64,000 bases of DNA, taken from positions 51,810 through 115,809 of the forward strand of contig JALSQW010000012.1 in NCBI GenBank assembly GCA_026985095.1, given 5' to 3'. Below are positions 10,066 to 19,014 of the stretch, in pieces. The translations under genes were made by a program, and so were the position numbers. Every line of letters starts with the position of its first letter. Within the stretch, counting starts at the first letter, position 1. The notes beneath the pieces were generated by a model, which saw only the letters and a program-made list of their open reading frames with translations, was not told where the DNA came from and made no database searches. This DNA is from Acidimicrobiia bacterium (GTDB lineage Bacteria > Actinomycetota > Acidimicrobiia > Spongiisociales > UBA5794).

Positions 10066-10220
10066 GGGCCGTCGGGTGCCGTCGTTCGCCTGGGAGCGCG
10101 ATCATGTCGGCGGATCATCTGGGACCCTCCGACGGTCGCCTCCCGCAGATGTCCTTCGAGGGTCCATCCCCGGACGCCTCGGACCGCCGGCGCGCGACCC
10201 AGGACGGAAGCCGGGTCGGG

Positions 10221-10676
10221 CTATCCGCCGAGCTCGTCGCGGACGATCTTGGCCACGAGGGCGCCGTCGAGGTCCGCTCGCGAGCGCATGACGGCACCGA
10301 TGACCTTGCCCGACTCCTTCAGATCGGAGGCGCCGAGTCGGGCGACGGTCTCGCGAACGAGCTCGCGGGTCTGTGACTCGTCGAGCTGTTGGGGGAGGTA
10401 GCGGGACAGGTAGTCGATCTCGAAGGCGAGCTTGGCGGCCTGTGCGGCGCCGCGGTCGCCCGCGGCTTCGAACTCCGCTTTGGCCTTCCTCATGCGCTTG
10501 GTGTAGCTCGCGATCGTCGCGCGGTACAGATCGTCGTCGACCTCACCGGTGAAGCCGGGCGCGGCCTTGGCGACGGCGACTTCGCTCTGGATCTGGCGGA
10601 TGACGTCGAGAGTCGGCTTGTCGCCGGCTCTCATCGCCTCCTTCATGTCGGCGACGAGTCGTTCTTGGATGGTCAT
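10221..10676 (-). CDS. GatB/YqeY domain-containing protein
   Basis: Track ORF 10221-10754. Similarity to YqeY begins at MTIQERLVADMKEAMRAGDK (complement of cat at 10674-10676) and extends to ..YLPQQLDESQTRELV..GKVIGAVM. Confidence 0.8.
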   Translation of the reverse strand: MTIQERLVADMKEAMRAGDKPTLDVIRQIQSEVAVAKAAPGFTGEVDDDLYRATIASYTKRMRKAKAEFEAAGDRGAAQAAKLAFEIDYLSRYLPQQLDESQTRELVRETVARLGASDLKESGKVIGAVMRSRADLDGALVAKIVRDELGG

Positions 10677-10826
10677 GTCGTGCTCCTGGGCGCGAAGGGT
10701 AGTCGCGGAGGGTGCACTTCCCTCGGGGGACGTGGGGCGGAGCCGAGAAACCACTTGAACCGGCCGTTCTCACGGCGTAGACTCGGCGCTGGCCGGGTCG
10801 GACCCGGCTCATTGAACGCCCAACTT

Positions 10827-10864
10827 TGTGAATGTCTTCACAAGCGCATGTGAACGTATTCACA
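10827..10864 (+). promoter_or_regulatory. Two tandem CRP/FNR-type operator boxes (TGTGA-N6-TCACA)
   Basis: TGTGAATGTCTTCACA at 10827-10842 and TGTGAACGTATTCACA at 10849-10864. Both are perfect inverted repeats, centres 22 bp apart, in a locally AT-richer patch directly upstream of the WhiB-like gene. Confidence 0.7.
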
Positions 10865-10897
10865 ATCACGAACGCCGAACGCTGGAGGACCGCCACC

Positions 10898-11170
10898 GTG
10901 CTGACCGTAACCGATTGGAGGGAGCTCTCCGCCTGTAGGGATTCCGATCCCGACATCTTCTTCCCCGTGGGGACGACCGGCCCGGCGGTCGACCAGATCC
11001 GCAAAGCCGTCGCCATCTGTTCGGCGTGCTCCGTCAAGGAGGAATGCCTCCAGTACGCCCTCGAGACCAACCAGGAGGCCGGCGTGTGGGGTGGCTACCC
11101 CGAGGACGACCGCCGCCGCCTGCGCAAGCGGTGGCTCGCCGAACGCCGCCGCCGCCGCCAGGCCAGCTGA
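10898..11170 (+). CDS. whiB: WhiB-family (WhiB1-like) Fe-S transcription factor
   Basis: Four-Cys Wbl signature: C-x(27)-C-x2-C-x5-C in ..SACRDSDPDIFFP...AICSACSVKEECL.., then the GVWGG turn and a basic tail. The track start at 10832 lies inside the CRP boxes. I prefer the GTG at 10898, preceded by GGAGGA at 10885-10890. Confidence 0.85.
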   Translation: MLTVTDWRELSACRDSDPDIFFPVGTTGPAVDQIRKAVAICSACSVKEECLQYALETNQEAGVWGGYPEDDRRRLRKRWLAERRRRRQAS

Positions 11171-11236
11171 CCGACTCGGACGATCCGAACCGATGGGCCC
11201 CGCTCGACGGGGCCCATTCACATGGCCGAACCGGGA

Positions 11237-11473
11237 CTAGGCCGGACTGAACCCGATCTCTCGGGGCCGGGCCTTCTCCACCTCGACGAAGGCCACCTTG
11301 TCCAGCACGATGCCATGCCGATGGCCGTTGATGTCGGCGACCCACAGCACCTTCGCGTTCTCCGCCATCGCCAGGTCGAAGGCGGCGGCGATGTCCTCGG
11401 CCGGATCCACCTCCAGCTCGATCTCCCTGGCCGACGAGACACCGAACCTGATCTTGACCCATTCGGCGGTCAT
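11237..11473 (-). CDS. DUF3107 domain-containing protein
   Basis: ORF track, 78 aa. KIRFGVSSAREIELE...VAFVEVE pattern characteristic of the small actinobacterial DUF3107 family. Confidence 0.7.
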   Translation of the reverse strand: MTAEWVKIRFGVSSAREIELEVDPAEDIAAAFDLAMAENAKVLWVADINGHRHGIVLDKVAFVEVEKARPREIGFSPA

Positions 11474-11551
11474 CGTTCTCCTCTCAGTCTCCGTGTGCGG
11501 AATCGTACCGCTGTCGATGCGGGTCGCCGCCCCACCTCAGGACGCCCCACC

Positions 11552-12385
11552 TCAGGAGATGACCAGCTCCGGATGCGAACGCACCCGGGGGCGCCGCCGC
11601 TCCACCTCGTCGGCGAGGGACTCGAACGCCGCCGACGCCTCCGAGTCCGGCGCGGACACCACCACCGGCTTCCCCTCGTCGGCACCCTCACGCAACGCCG
11701 GCACGAAGGGGATCCGAGCCAGGAGGGGCACCTCCAGCTCGGAGGCCAGACGCTCCCCTCCCCCGGCTCCGAACAGCTCGTAGCGGGTGCCGTCGTCGCC
11801 GGTGAACCACGACATGTTCTCGACGACGCCCATGATCTCCTGGTTCACCTTCTCGGCCATCAAGCCCGCCCTGGCGGCGACCCGCTGGGCGGTCGGCTGC
11901 GGAGTCGTGACGATGATCGTCTGGGAGCGCGGAAGGAACTGGCTCATGGAGATCGCCACGTCTCCGGTGCCCGGCGGCATGTCGATCAACAGGTAGTCCG
12001 GATCGTTCCATGCGACGTCGTTCAGGAACTGCTCCAGCGCCTTGTGCAGCATCGGGCCGCGCCAGATCACCGCCTGGTCCTCCCGCACGAAGTAGTCCAT
12101 GGAGATCACCGCCACCCCATGGGCGACCGGCGGCACGAGCGTGTCCTCGAGGACCTGGGGAGGCTCCGCGGCGCCGATCATGCGCGGGATCGAGAACCCC
12201 CACACGTCGGCGTCGATGATCCCGACCGTGCGACCACGCCCGGCGAGCGCGATCCCGAGGTTCGCCGTCACCGACGACTTGCCCACCCCGCCCTTGCCCG
12301 ACGACACGGCGATGACCCTCGTGGTGGAACCGGGCTTGCCGATGCCGACCGATCCTCTGCCTGGCTGTGCGTCCACCACTTCCAA
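11552..12385 (-). CDS. mrp: Mrp/NBP35/ApbC-family Fe-S cluster carrier ATPase
   Basis: ORF track, 277 aa. Deviant Walker A SGKGGVGKSSVTANLG, plus DADVWGFSIP and ..DYLLIDMPPGTGD. Confidence 0.88.
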   Translation of the reverse strand: MEVVDAQPGRGSVGIGKPGSTTRVIAVSSGKGGVGKSSVTANLGIALAGRGRTVGIIDADVWGFSIPRMIGAAEPPQVLEDTLVPPVAHGVAVISMDYFVREDQAVIWRGPMLHKALEQFLNDVAWNDPDYLLIDMPPGTGDVAISMSQFLPRSQTIIVTTPQPTAQRVAARAGLMAEKVNQEIMGVVENMSWFTGDDGTRYELFGAGGGERLASELEVPLLARIPFVPALREGADEGKPVVVSAPDSEASAAFESLADEVERRRPRVRSHPELVIS

Positions 12386-12388
12386 CTC

Positions 12389-12400
12389 CTATCCGGATAG
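12389..12400. promoter_or_regulatory. Perfect 12-bp palindrome in the divergent mrp / regulator promoter region (candidate operator)
   Basis: CTATCCGGATAG at 12389-12400, in an 85-nt AT-richer intergenic region. It is followed by two TATCCGAC direct repeats (about 12426-12433 and 12445-12452). Confidence 0.4.
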
Positions 12401-12470
12401 TGCATAGAAACTATAGTGAGGGACGATATCCGACCGTCCGGCGGTATCCGACACCTCGAAGGGGGCACCG

Positions 12471-13166
12471 ATGAACCTCGAGCAGATGGACCGCCAGATC
12501 GCCGACATCGCGTCGAGCCTCGGCGACACGACCCGCCGCGGCATCTTCATCTCGGTCCGCGAGTCCGCCGATCCCATGACCGCATCCCAGATCGCGACGC
12601 TGTTCGGCATCCATCCCAACGTCGCCCGACATCATCTCGACCGTCTCGTCTCCGATGGCTACCTTCGGGTCACCCGTCGCCGCGCCCAGGGCCGAGCGGG
12701 ACCGGGCGCGGGTCGCCCCGCCAAGCACTACGAACCGACCGACAAATCGATCAGCCTGCAGTTCCCCGTCCGCAGGTACGACCTCCTCATCGACCTCCTC
12801 GTCCGGGTCATCGAACGTCTCGCCCCCGAGGACGCGCCCCAGGTCGTCGAGGAGATCGGGATCGAGTACGGGCGAGAGATCGCCGCCGAGCTGGGGTTGC
12901 CCGACGACACCGGCTACGAGGCCGCTGCGCTGGCGGTGGCCAAGGCCATGACCGGGGTGGGGTTCGAGACCGAGGCGGACGCCGACGGTCGTCGACTCCT
13001 CACCAAGTACTGCCCCTTCGGCGAGGCCGCCAAGACCCATCCGCATCTGGTCTGCCGCCTCGATCAGGGCATCGTCAAGGGCCTTCTCGAGGCCGGTCGA
13101 CGGCGGCCGGTCGCCGTGGTGATGCCCCACGCCGACGAGGACGACCACTGCGTCACCGAGCTGTAG
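12471..13166 (+). CDS. Winged-helix (ArsR/SufR-like) transcriptional regulator with a Cys/His-containing C-terminal domain
   Basis: ORF track, 231 aa. N-terminal wHTH (MTASQIATLFGIHPNVARHHLDRLVSDGYL). C-terminal ..KYCPFGEAAKTHPHLVCRLDQG...DHC. Confidence 0.6.
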   Translation: MNLEQMDRQIADIASSLGDTTRRGIFISVRESADPMTASQIATLFGIHPNVARHHLDRLVSDGYLRVTRRRAQGRAGPGAGRPAKHYEPTDKSISLQFPVRRYDLLIDLLVRVIERLAPEDAPQVVEEIGIEYGREIAAELGLPDDTGYEAAALAVAKAMTGVGFETEADADGRRLLTKYCPFGEAAKTHPHLVCRLDQGIVKGLLEAGRRRPVAVVMPHADEDDHCVTEL

Positions 13167-13225
13167 GCGCCGTCGCGACTCCCGAGGGAGCGACCGTCGG
13201 AACCGACCCTGCGATACTCCTCGCC

Positions 13226-13780
13226 ATGGCATGGATCGAAACGGTGCCCGAAGGCGAGTGGGACGGTGCGCTGGCGGACCTCCGCGGCCGGGTGGTCGAT
13301 CCCGTCTACGACCGCGTCGACCACATCATGCAGATCCACTCGCTCGATCCCGACGCCATGGCGGCGCACGACGGGCTCTACCGATCTGCGATGCGCAGCA
13401 CGAAGACGCTCCGCAGGGTCGATCGCGAGCTCATCGCCTTCGTGGTCAGCTCGATCAACGACTGTCACTACTGAACGGTGCATCACCGGCGCGGTCTGCG
13501 CCGGCTCCTTCGGGACGACCATCTCCTGGCGACGATCGAGGCTGATTGGCGAAGCGCCCCGCTCGACGACCGTCGCCGAGCGATGCTGACCTACGCCGCC
13601 AAGCTGACCGAGACGCCGGCGGCGATGGAGCAGGGGGACGTCGAGGCCCTCCGCGATGCCGGGTTCACCGATCGCGACATCCTCGACATCGCCCAGGTGG
13701 TCGCCTACTACGCCTACGCGAACCGGATCGCCGACGGCCTCGGCATCGAGCTCGAGCCGTGGATCCCAACCGACGGATAG
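13226..13780 (+). CDS. AhpD/carboxymuconolactone-decarboxylase-family peroxidase-related protein with an in-frame TGA at 13472-13474 (candidate selenocysteine; alternatively a pseudogene)
   Basis: Two same-frame track ORFs: the tail of 12416-13474 (MAWIETVPEGEW...VSSINDCHY*) and 13478-13780 (.HHRRGL...). Joined, they give a 184-codon protein collinear with the family. The TGA replaces the second Cys of the conserved N-x-C-x-Y-C-x-x-H-H motif. Confidence 0.7.
13486..13504 (+). other. Candidate bacterial SECIS hairpin
   Basis: CCGGCGC-GGTCT-GCGCCGG: a perfect 7-bp stem with a 5-nt G-first loop. The stem starts 11 nt after the TGA. The loop resembles the GGUCU apical loop of the E. coli fdhF SECIS as I recall it. 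Confidence 0.5.
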
Positions 13781-13822
13781 CGCCTGGCATCCCTCGGCGC
13801 CTGGGCGGACGCCGGTGTCCGA

Positions 13823-16504
13823 TCAGCTCCGGGCCATACGCCGGAGGACCATGTGAAGGATGCCGCCGTTGCGCAGGTACTCGACCTCGACGGGGGTATC
13901 GACCCTGGCGAGGGCCTCGAACGACACCACCGTGCCGTCGCTGCGGGTCGCCCGCACCGGGATCAGTGCCCGGGGCGCCAGCTCGTCGTTCACGTCGATC
14001 TCGAACGTCTCGGTGCCGTCGAGACCGAGGGTGTCGGCGGTCTCCCCCACCGGGAAGGTCAGCGGCACCACCCCCATCATGACGAGATTGGAGCGATGGA
14101 TCCGCTCGAACGACACCGCCAGTACCGCCCGGACCCCGAGGAGGTAGGTGCCCTTCGCCGCCCAGTCGCGCGACGACCCCATGCCGTAGTCCTTCCCGGC
14201 CAGGACCAGCAGTGGCACGCCCTCCTGCCGGTAGTGCATGGCGGCGTCGAACACCGGCTTCACCTCGCCGTCGAGGAAGTCGGTGGTCCAGCCACCCTCG
14301 GTCCCCGGAGCGATCTGGTTCCGGACCCGGACGTTCGCGAACGTCCCTCGCATCATGACCTCGTGGTTGCCGCGCCGCGACCCGTAGCTGTTGAACATCG
14401 GCGGGGCGACCCCCTTCGACAGCAGGTACCGACCGGCCGGCGAATCCGCCGGGATCGCGCCGGCGGGACTGATGTGATCCGTCGTGACCGAATCGCCGAG
14501 CTTCAGCAACACCCGCGCCCCGACGATCGGTTCGATCGGGGCCGGCTCGGGCGACAGGTCCTTGAAGAACGGCGGCTCCTGGATGTAGGTGCTGTCCGGA
14601 TCCCAGTCGTAGAGGATGCCCCCCGTGGTGGGGATGGCCTGCCATTCGTCGTTGCCTTCGAACACCGCGGCGTACTCGCGCTCGAACTCCCCCCGGGAGA
14701 CGGACCGTTCGATGATCTCGGCGATCTCGGCCTGGGTCGGCCAGATGTCGCGCAGGTACACGGGGCGACCCTCGGGATCCTCGCCGATCGGTTCGTTCAC
14801 CAGGTCGATGTCGACGGTCCCGGCGATGGCATAGGCGACCACGAGGGGCGGCGAGGCCAGGTAGTTGGCCCGCACGTAGGGGCTGATCCGTCCCTCGAAG
14901 TTCCGGTTGCCCGACAGCACGGACGCCACGACGAGGTTCCCTTCGTCGATCGCCTCGGCGATCGGCTCGGGCAGCGGGCCCGAGTTGCCGATGCAGGTCG
15001 TGCAGCCGTACCCGACGAGGTAGAAGCCCATCGCCTCCAGGTCCTGCATCAACCCGCAGTCCTCGAGGTAGTCGGTGACGACCTTCGATCCGGGAGCGAG
15101 GGACGTCTTCACCCACGGCTTGCGGAAGAGGCCCTTCTCGCGGGCACGCCTCGCGACGAGGCCGGCGCCGACCATGACCTCGGGGTTGGAGGTGTTCGTG
15201 CAGCTCGTGATCGCCGCGATCACCACCGCGCCGTCGCCGAGTTGGAACGTCTCCCGCTCGTAGGTGACCTCGACCGCCCCGGTGCCTTCCCTGGCCGGAG
15301 GCCGCAAACCGCCTTCCAGGTCCCGATGCCACTGCTGCTTCATGTCCGCCAGATCGATGCGGTCCTGCGGACGCTTGGGTCCCGCCAGCGACGTGGTGAC
15401 GGTCGACAGGTCGAGCTCCAGCTCACTGCTGTAGGTGACCGATCGCGCGTCGTCCCGCCACAACCCTTGCAGCTTGGCGTACTGCTCGACGGTCGCCACC
15501 AGGGGCTCGGGACGGCCGGTCAGTCGCAGATAGTCGAGGGTCCGGTCGTCGACCGGGAAGAACCCGACGGTGGCCCCGTACTCGGGGCTCATGTTGGCGA
15601 TCGTGGCGCGGGTGGCGACCGGCATGTCGGCGAAGGCCGGACCGTAGAACTCCACGAACTTGCCCACCACGCCGTGCTCGCGGAGCATCTGGGTGACGCG
15701 CAGCACGAGGTCGGTGGCGGTGACGCCCTCGCGGAGCTTGCCGGTCATGCGGAACCCGACGACCTCGGGAAGCAGCATGTAGATGGGCTGTCCGACCATG
15801 ACCGCTTCGGCTTCGATCCCGCCGACGCCCCAACCCACGACGCCGAGCCCGTTGATCATCGTCGTGTGCGAGTCCGTCCCGACGAGCGAGTCGGGGTACA
15901 ACACGCCGTCGGCGTCCCACACGACCTTGGCGAGGTACTCGAGGTTGACCTGATGCACGATGCCGGTGTCGGGAGGGACGACGTGGAAGCGATCGAAGGC
16001 GGACTGGCCCCATTTGAGGAACTCGTAGCGTTCCCGGTTCCTGCTGAACTCCTTCTCGGCGTTGATCTTGAGGGCGAGGGGCGTGTTGAACACGTCGACC
16101 TGCACCGAGTGGTCGATGACGAGGTCGGCGGGAACCTGGGGATTGACCTTCGTCGCCTGCGCCTCCTCCCCGGTCATCGAGACGATCGCCGAACGCATGG
16201 CGGCCAGATCCACCACCGAGGGGACGCCGGTGAAGTCCTGCAGCACGACCCGGGCCGGCATGTAGGCGATCTCGGTCTCGCCGACCTTCGTGGCGTCGTA
16301 CTGGGCGACGGCACGGACGTCGTCGTCGGTGAACACCCGTCCGTCGTGGTTCCGAAGGACCGACTCCAACAGCACCTTGATCGTGTAGGGCAACGCGTCG
16401 ATGTCGCCCATGTCCTTGAGGGCGTCGAGCGCGTAGACGACCCGATCCCCGAGGGGCGTGGATACGGTTCGCCGGGCTCCGAAGGGATCGTGGACGTTCG
16501 TCAT
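13823..16504 (-). CDS. acnA: Aconitate hydratase A
   Basis: ORF track, 893 aa. The full-length aconitase/IRP pattern includes ..[10 protein letters not shown].. and ..[12 protein letters not shown].. Fe-S ligand motifs. Confidence 0.95.
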   Translation of the reverse strand: MTNVHDPFGARRTVSTPLGDRVVYALDALKDMGDIDALPYTIKVLLESVLRNHDGRVFTDDDVRAVAQYDATKVGETEIAYMPARVVLQDFTGVPSVVDLAAMRSAIVSMTGEEAQATKVNPQVPADLVIDHSVQVDVFNTPLALKINAEKEFSRNRERYEFLKWGQSAFDRFHVVPPDTGIVHQVNLEYLAKVVWDADGVLYPDSLVGTDSHTTMINGLGVVGWGVGGIEAEAVMVGQPIYMLLPEVVGFRMTGKLREGVTATDLVLRVTQMLREHGVVGKFVEFYGPAFADMPVATRATIANMSPEYGATVGFFPVDDRTLDYLRLTGRPEPLVATVEQYAKLQGLWRDDARSVTYSSELELDLSTVTTSLAGPKRPQDRIDLADMKQQWHRDLEGGLRPPAREGTGAVEVTYERETFQLGDGAVVIAAITSCTNTSNPEVMVGAGLVARRAREKGLFRKPWVKTSLAPGSKVVTDYLEDCGLMQDLEAMGFYLVGYGCTTCIGNSGPLPEPIAEAIDEGNLVVASVLSGNRNFEGRISPYVRANYLASPPLVVAYAIAGTVDIDLVNEPIGEDPEGRPVYLRDIWPTQAEIAEIIERSVSRGEFEREYAAVFEGNDEWQAIPTTGGILYDWDPDSTYIQEPPFFKDLSPEPAPIEPIVGARVLLKLGDSVTTDHISPAGAIPADSPAGRYLLSKGVAPPMFNSYGSRRGNHEVMMRGTFANVRVRNQIAPGTEGGWTTDFLDGEVKPVFDAAMHYRQEGVPLLVLAGKDYGMGSSRDWAAKGTYLLGVRAVLAVSFERIHRSNLVMMGVVPLTFPVGETADTLGLDGTETFEIDVNDELAPRALIPVRATRSDGTVVSFEALARVDTPVEVEYLRNGGILHMVLRRMARS

Positions 16505-16641
16505 GGCGACCTCACAGTTCGCTGGCGGTTGGGGCGTGCTCCAAGGACACCAAGGTTAGAGGCGGCGAACGGCGGTTCTCGCCGACGGTCGGGGCATGAA
16601 CTTTCCACTGGACGAAAGAACCGGCGAAGTTCCGGCGGTCG

Positions 16642-17238
16642 TCAGTCGCCCCAGAACCGCTGCTCGCGCCATGGATCCCCGTACATGTGATAGCCGTTGC
16701 GCTCCCAGAACCCGGGGCGGTCATCGGCCAGCAGCGTGAAGCCCCGCACCCACTTGACGGATTTCCAGAAGTACAGGTGAGGCACGACGAGCCGGAGCGG
16801 CCAGCCGTGCTCCGGCGCCAGCGGCTCGCCGTCGAAGCGGTACGCGAACACCGATCCCTCCGCGAGGAAGTCGTCGATCGGGAGGTTGGCGGTGAACCCG
16901 TGCTCGGCGTGGACCAGAACGTGGGTGGCGCCGTCCAGCGGCTCGAGGTGATCCCACACGGTCCGGGTCGCGATGCCCGTCCATGTCGTATCGAGTTTGG
17001 ACCACTTGGTCACACAGTGGATGTCGGCGCGGATGCGCACCGGCTCCATCGCGACGAACTCGTCGTAGGTCCAGCGCCGTTCGTCGACGACGAGACCGCC
17101 GACCGTGAAGTCCCACCGTTCGAGGTCCACGTCGGGCACGTTCCCGACGTGGAGGACGGGAAAGCGCGACGTGACGTACTGGCCCGGCGGGATCCGTTCG
17201 GGGTCGACGTCGTCGGGGATGCGGCGGAAGAGCTTCAT
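16642..17238 (-). CDS. Sulfite-oxidase-like molybdopterin-dependent oxidoreductase (small cytoplasmic form)
   Basis: Track ORF 16642-17571. The homologous part begins at MKLFRRIPDD (start 17238). It includes ..IHCVTKWS.. (Mo-ligand Cys) and ..HGWPLRLVVPHLYFWKSVKWV.. . The upstream 111 codons look like junk. Confidence 0.8.
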   Translation of the reverse strand: MKLFRRIPDDVDPERIPPGQYVTSRFPVLHVGNVPDVDLERWDFTVGGLVVDERRWTYDEFVAMEPVRIRADIHCVTKWSKLDTTWTGIATRTVWDHLEPLDGATHVLVHAEHGFTANLPIDDFLAEGSVFAYRFDGEPLAPEHGWPLRLVVPHLYFWKSVKWVRGFTLLADDRPGFWERNGYHMYGDPWREQRFWGD

Positions 17239-17298
17239 GCCCCCATCGTAGGAGCCCGCCGTCGAACCGCTAGCGCGCGAGGTGGGTATCGTTCGCCC

Positions 17299-17922
17299 AT
17301 GACCCAGACCACCGAGCCCGCCCAGCCCGACCATGTCGAAGCCGCTCGGCGGCTGCCGCGATGGGTCCTGGCGCTGGCGGCGGTCGCCATGGTCGTCGGC
17401 GTCGTCGGTATCGCGACGCTCGTCGTACGCGGGGGCGACGATCAGACGATCGGTACCCTCCCCGACCTCGCCGCCTTGGGGCTGGAGGACAACGGTCCGT
17501 CGGCGGCCGCGATGGCCCCCGACTTCACCGTCCCCACCCGCGACGGCGGCACCTTCACGCTGTCGGAGCATCTAGCGAACGACGGCAGACCGGTGTTCCT
17601 GAACCTGTGGGCATCGTGGTGTCCTCCGTGCCGAGCCGAGATGCCCGCCATCCAGCAAGCATCGATCGACCATCCCGACGTCCTGTTCATCGGTGTCTCG
17701 GTCCAGGACGACCGGGTCGCGGCTCAGGCCTTCGCCGATGAGATCGGGATCACCTACACGATCGGGTACGACGACGACAACGTGGTCGACGCCGGCTACG
17801 CCCCTCTCGGCCTCCCGGCCACCTATCTGATCTCCGCCGACGGCGAGATCGTCGAGCGCCTCTTCGGCGGCTTGACCGAGCAGCAGATCGAGGACCGGCT
17901 GGCCGCCGCGTTCGGAGGCTGA
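17299..17922 (+). CDS. TlpA/ResA-family membrane-anchored thiol:disulfide oxidoreductase
   Basis: In the frame of track ORF 16687-17922. The ATG at 17299 gives MTQTTEP..., one TM helix, and the thioredoxin motif NLWASWCPPCRAEMP. Confidence 0.85.
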   Translation: MTQTTEPAQPDHVEAARRLPRWVLALAAVAMVVGVVGIATLVVRGGDDQTIGTLPDLAALGLEDNGPSAAAMAPDFTVPTRDGGTFTLSEHLANDGRPVFLNLWASWCPPCRAEMPAIQQASIDHPDVLFIGVSVQDDRVAAQAFADEIGITYTIGYDDDNVVDAGYAPLGLPATYLISADGEIVERLFGGLTEQQIEDRLAAAFGG

Positions 17923-17923
17923 C

Positions 17924-18133
17924 GTGGACGTCATCTCCGACATGGTGGCCAAGGTCTGGGAGGTCAGGGTCTCGGCCGGTGAAGCGGTGGAGGAAGGCGA
18001 CGAGCTCCTCACCTTGGAGTCGATGAAGATGGAGATCCCCGTCCGCGCGCCGGCGGGTGGACGGGTCGTCGCCGTCAACGTGGCCACCGGAGAGACGGTC
18101 GGCGAAGGCGACGTGCTGTTGGTGATCGACTGA
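17924..18133 (+). CDS. Stand-alone biotinyl/lipoyl carrier domain protein
   Basis: ORF track, 69 aa (GTG start). Biotinylation motif LESMKMEIPV. Confidence 0.8.
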   Translation: MDVISDMVAKVWEVRVSAGEAVEEGDELLTLESMKMEIPVRAPAGGRVVAVNVATGETVGEGDVLLVID

Positions 18134-18154
18134 TCGCCCGGGTCGACGGGCCCG

Positions 18155-18922
18155 TCAGCGACCGCGCCATCGGGCGGCACGCTTGCCGACGAAGGCGGCG
18201 ATCCCCTCGGCTGCGTCTTCGGTCATGGCCAGGGCGGTGAGGCCCGCATGGAGGTGGTCGAGCGCCGTGTCGGCGTCCATGTCGGCGACCGCGTAGAACG
18301 CGCGCTTGCCCAGTCCGATCGCCGCCGGGCTCTGCGCCGCCAGCCGCTCGACGATGTCGTCCACCGCGTCGTCGAGCCGCTCACGGTCCACCGCCCGGTT
18401 CACGATCCCCAGGCGCTCCGCCTCGTCCGCATCGATGGTACGGCCGGTGAGCATCATCTCCAGCAGGGGCCTCCGCGGCGCCAGTGGGAGGAGGACCGCG
18501 GTGATCATCATCGGCCACAGTCCGACAGCGATCTCGGGCGTCCCCAGCTTGGCTCCTCGCACGGCGACGGCGATGTCGGCGGCGGCGAGGAGCCCGAACC
18601 CTCCACCGAGGGCGTGACCGTTGACGCGCGCCACGATGGGTTTCGGGCATCGATGCATCGATCGGAACAGCTCGGCGAGGGCGCCTCGGGCACCGTGATC
18701 CGCGAGGGGTCGATCCACGAACCCGCCCGCCAGGTCGCCGCCGGCGGAGAAGGCTCGGTCCCCGGCCCCGGTGACCACCACGACCCGAACGCGCTCGTCC
18801 GCGGCGGAGCGCTCGACGGCCTCGCCGAGCATGGCCATCACCGGGTTCGACAGGGGGTTCATCCTGTCGGGGTCGTCGATGGTGATCGTCGCGACGGACC
18901 GGGCGACCTCGTAGCGCAGCAT
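18155..18922 (-). CDS. Enoyl-CoA hydratase/isomerase (crotonase) family protein
   Basis: ORF track, 255 aa. ..VVVTGAGDRAFSAGGDL.. and ..VNGHALGGGFGL.. oxyanion-hole motifs. Confidence 0.88.
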   Translation of the reverse strand: MLRYEVARSVATITIDDPDRMNPLSNPVMAMLGEAVERSAADERVRVVVVTGAGDRAFSAGGDLAGGFVDRPLADHGARGALAELFRSMHRCPKPIVARVNGHALGGGFGLLAAADIAVAVRGAKLGTPEIAVGLWPMMITAVLLPLAPRRPLLEMMLTGRTIDADEAERLGIVNRAVDRERLDDAVDDIVERLAAQSPAAIGLGKRAFYAVADMDADTALDHLHAGLTALAMTEDAAEGIAAFVGKRAARWRGR

Positions 18923-19014
18923 GTGTGTCCTCTCTGTGGGGAACCGCCGCCCAGGATACGGGACCCCTGCGGTGCCCCACGTCCGGTACCGCTGCGGACG
19001 GCTATCGTCGGCTC

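Noticed and set aside
9218-10220. A genomic island integrated at tRNA-Arg, carrying ku.
   Set aside because: There is no integrase and no visible direct repeat of the tRNA 3' end downstream. No compositional break is apparent by eye.
10832-10897. Track start codon (ATG 10832) for the WhiB-like ORF, giving a 112-aa protein.
   Set aside because: The ATG lies inside the first CRP-type palindrome. The extra 22 residues (MSSQAHVNVFTITNAERWRTAT) are AT-richer, non-coding-like sequence. The GTG at 10898 with an upstream GGAGGA gives a protein of typical Wbl length.
17239-17571. N-terminal 111-codon extension of the molybdopterin oxidoreductase ORF (track 16642-17571).
   Set aside because: The extension is Arg/Gly/Asp-rich junk and overlaps the divergent TlpA-like gene. 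Family similarity begins at MKLFRRIPDD (17238).
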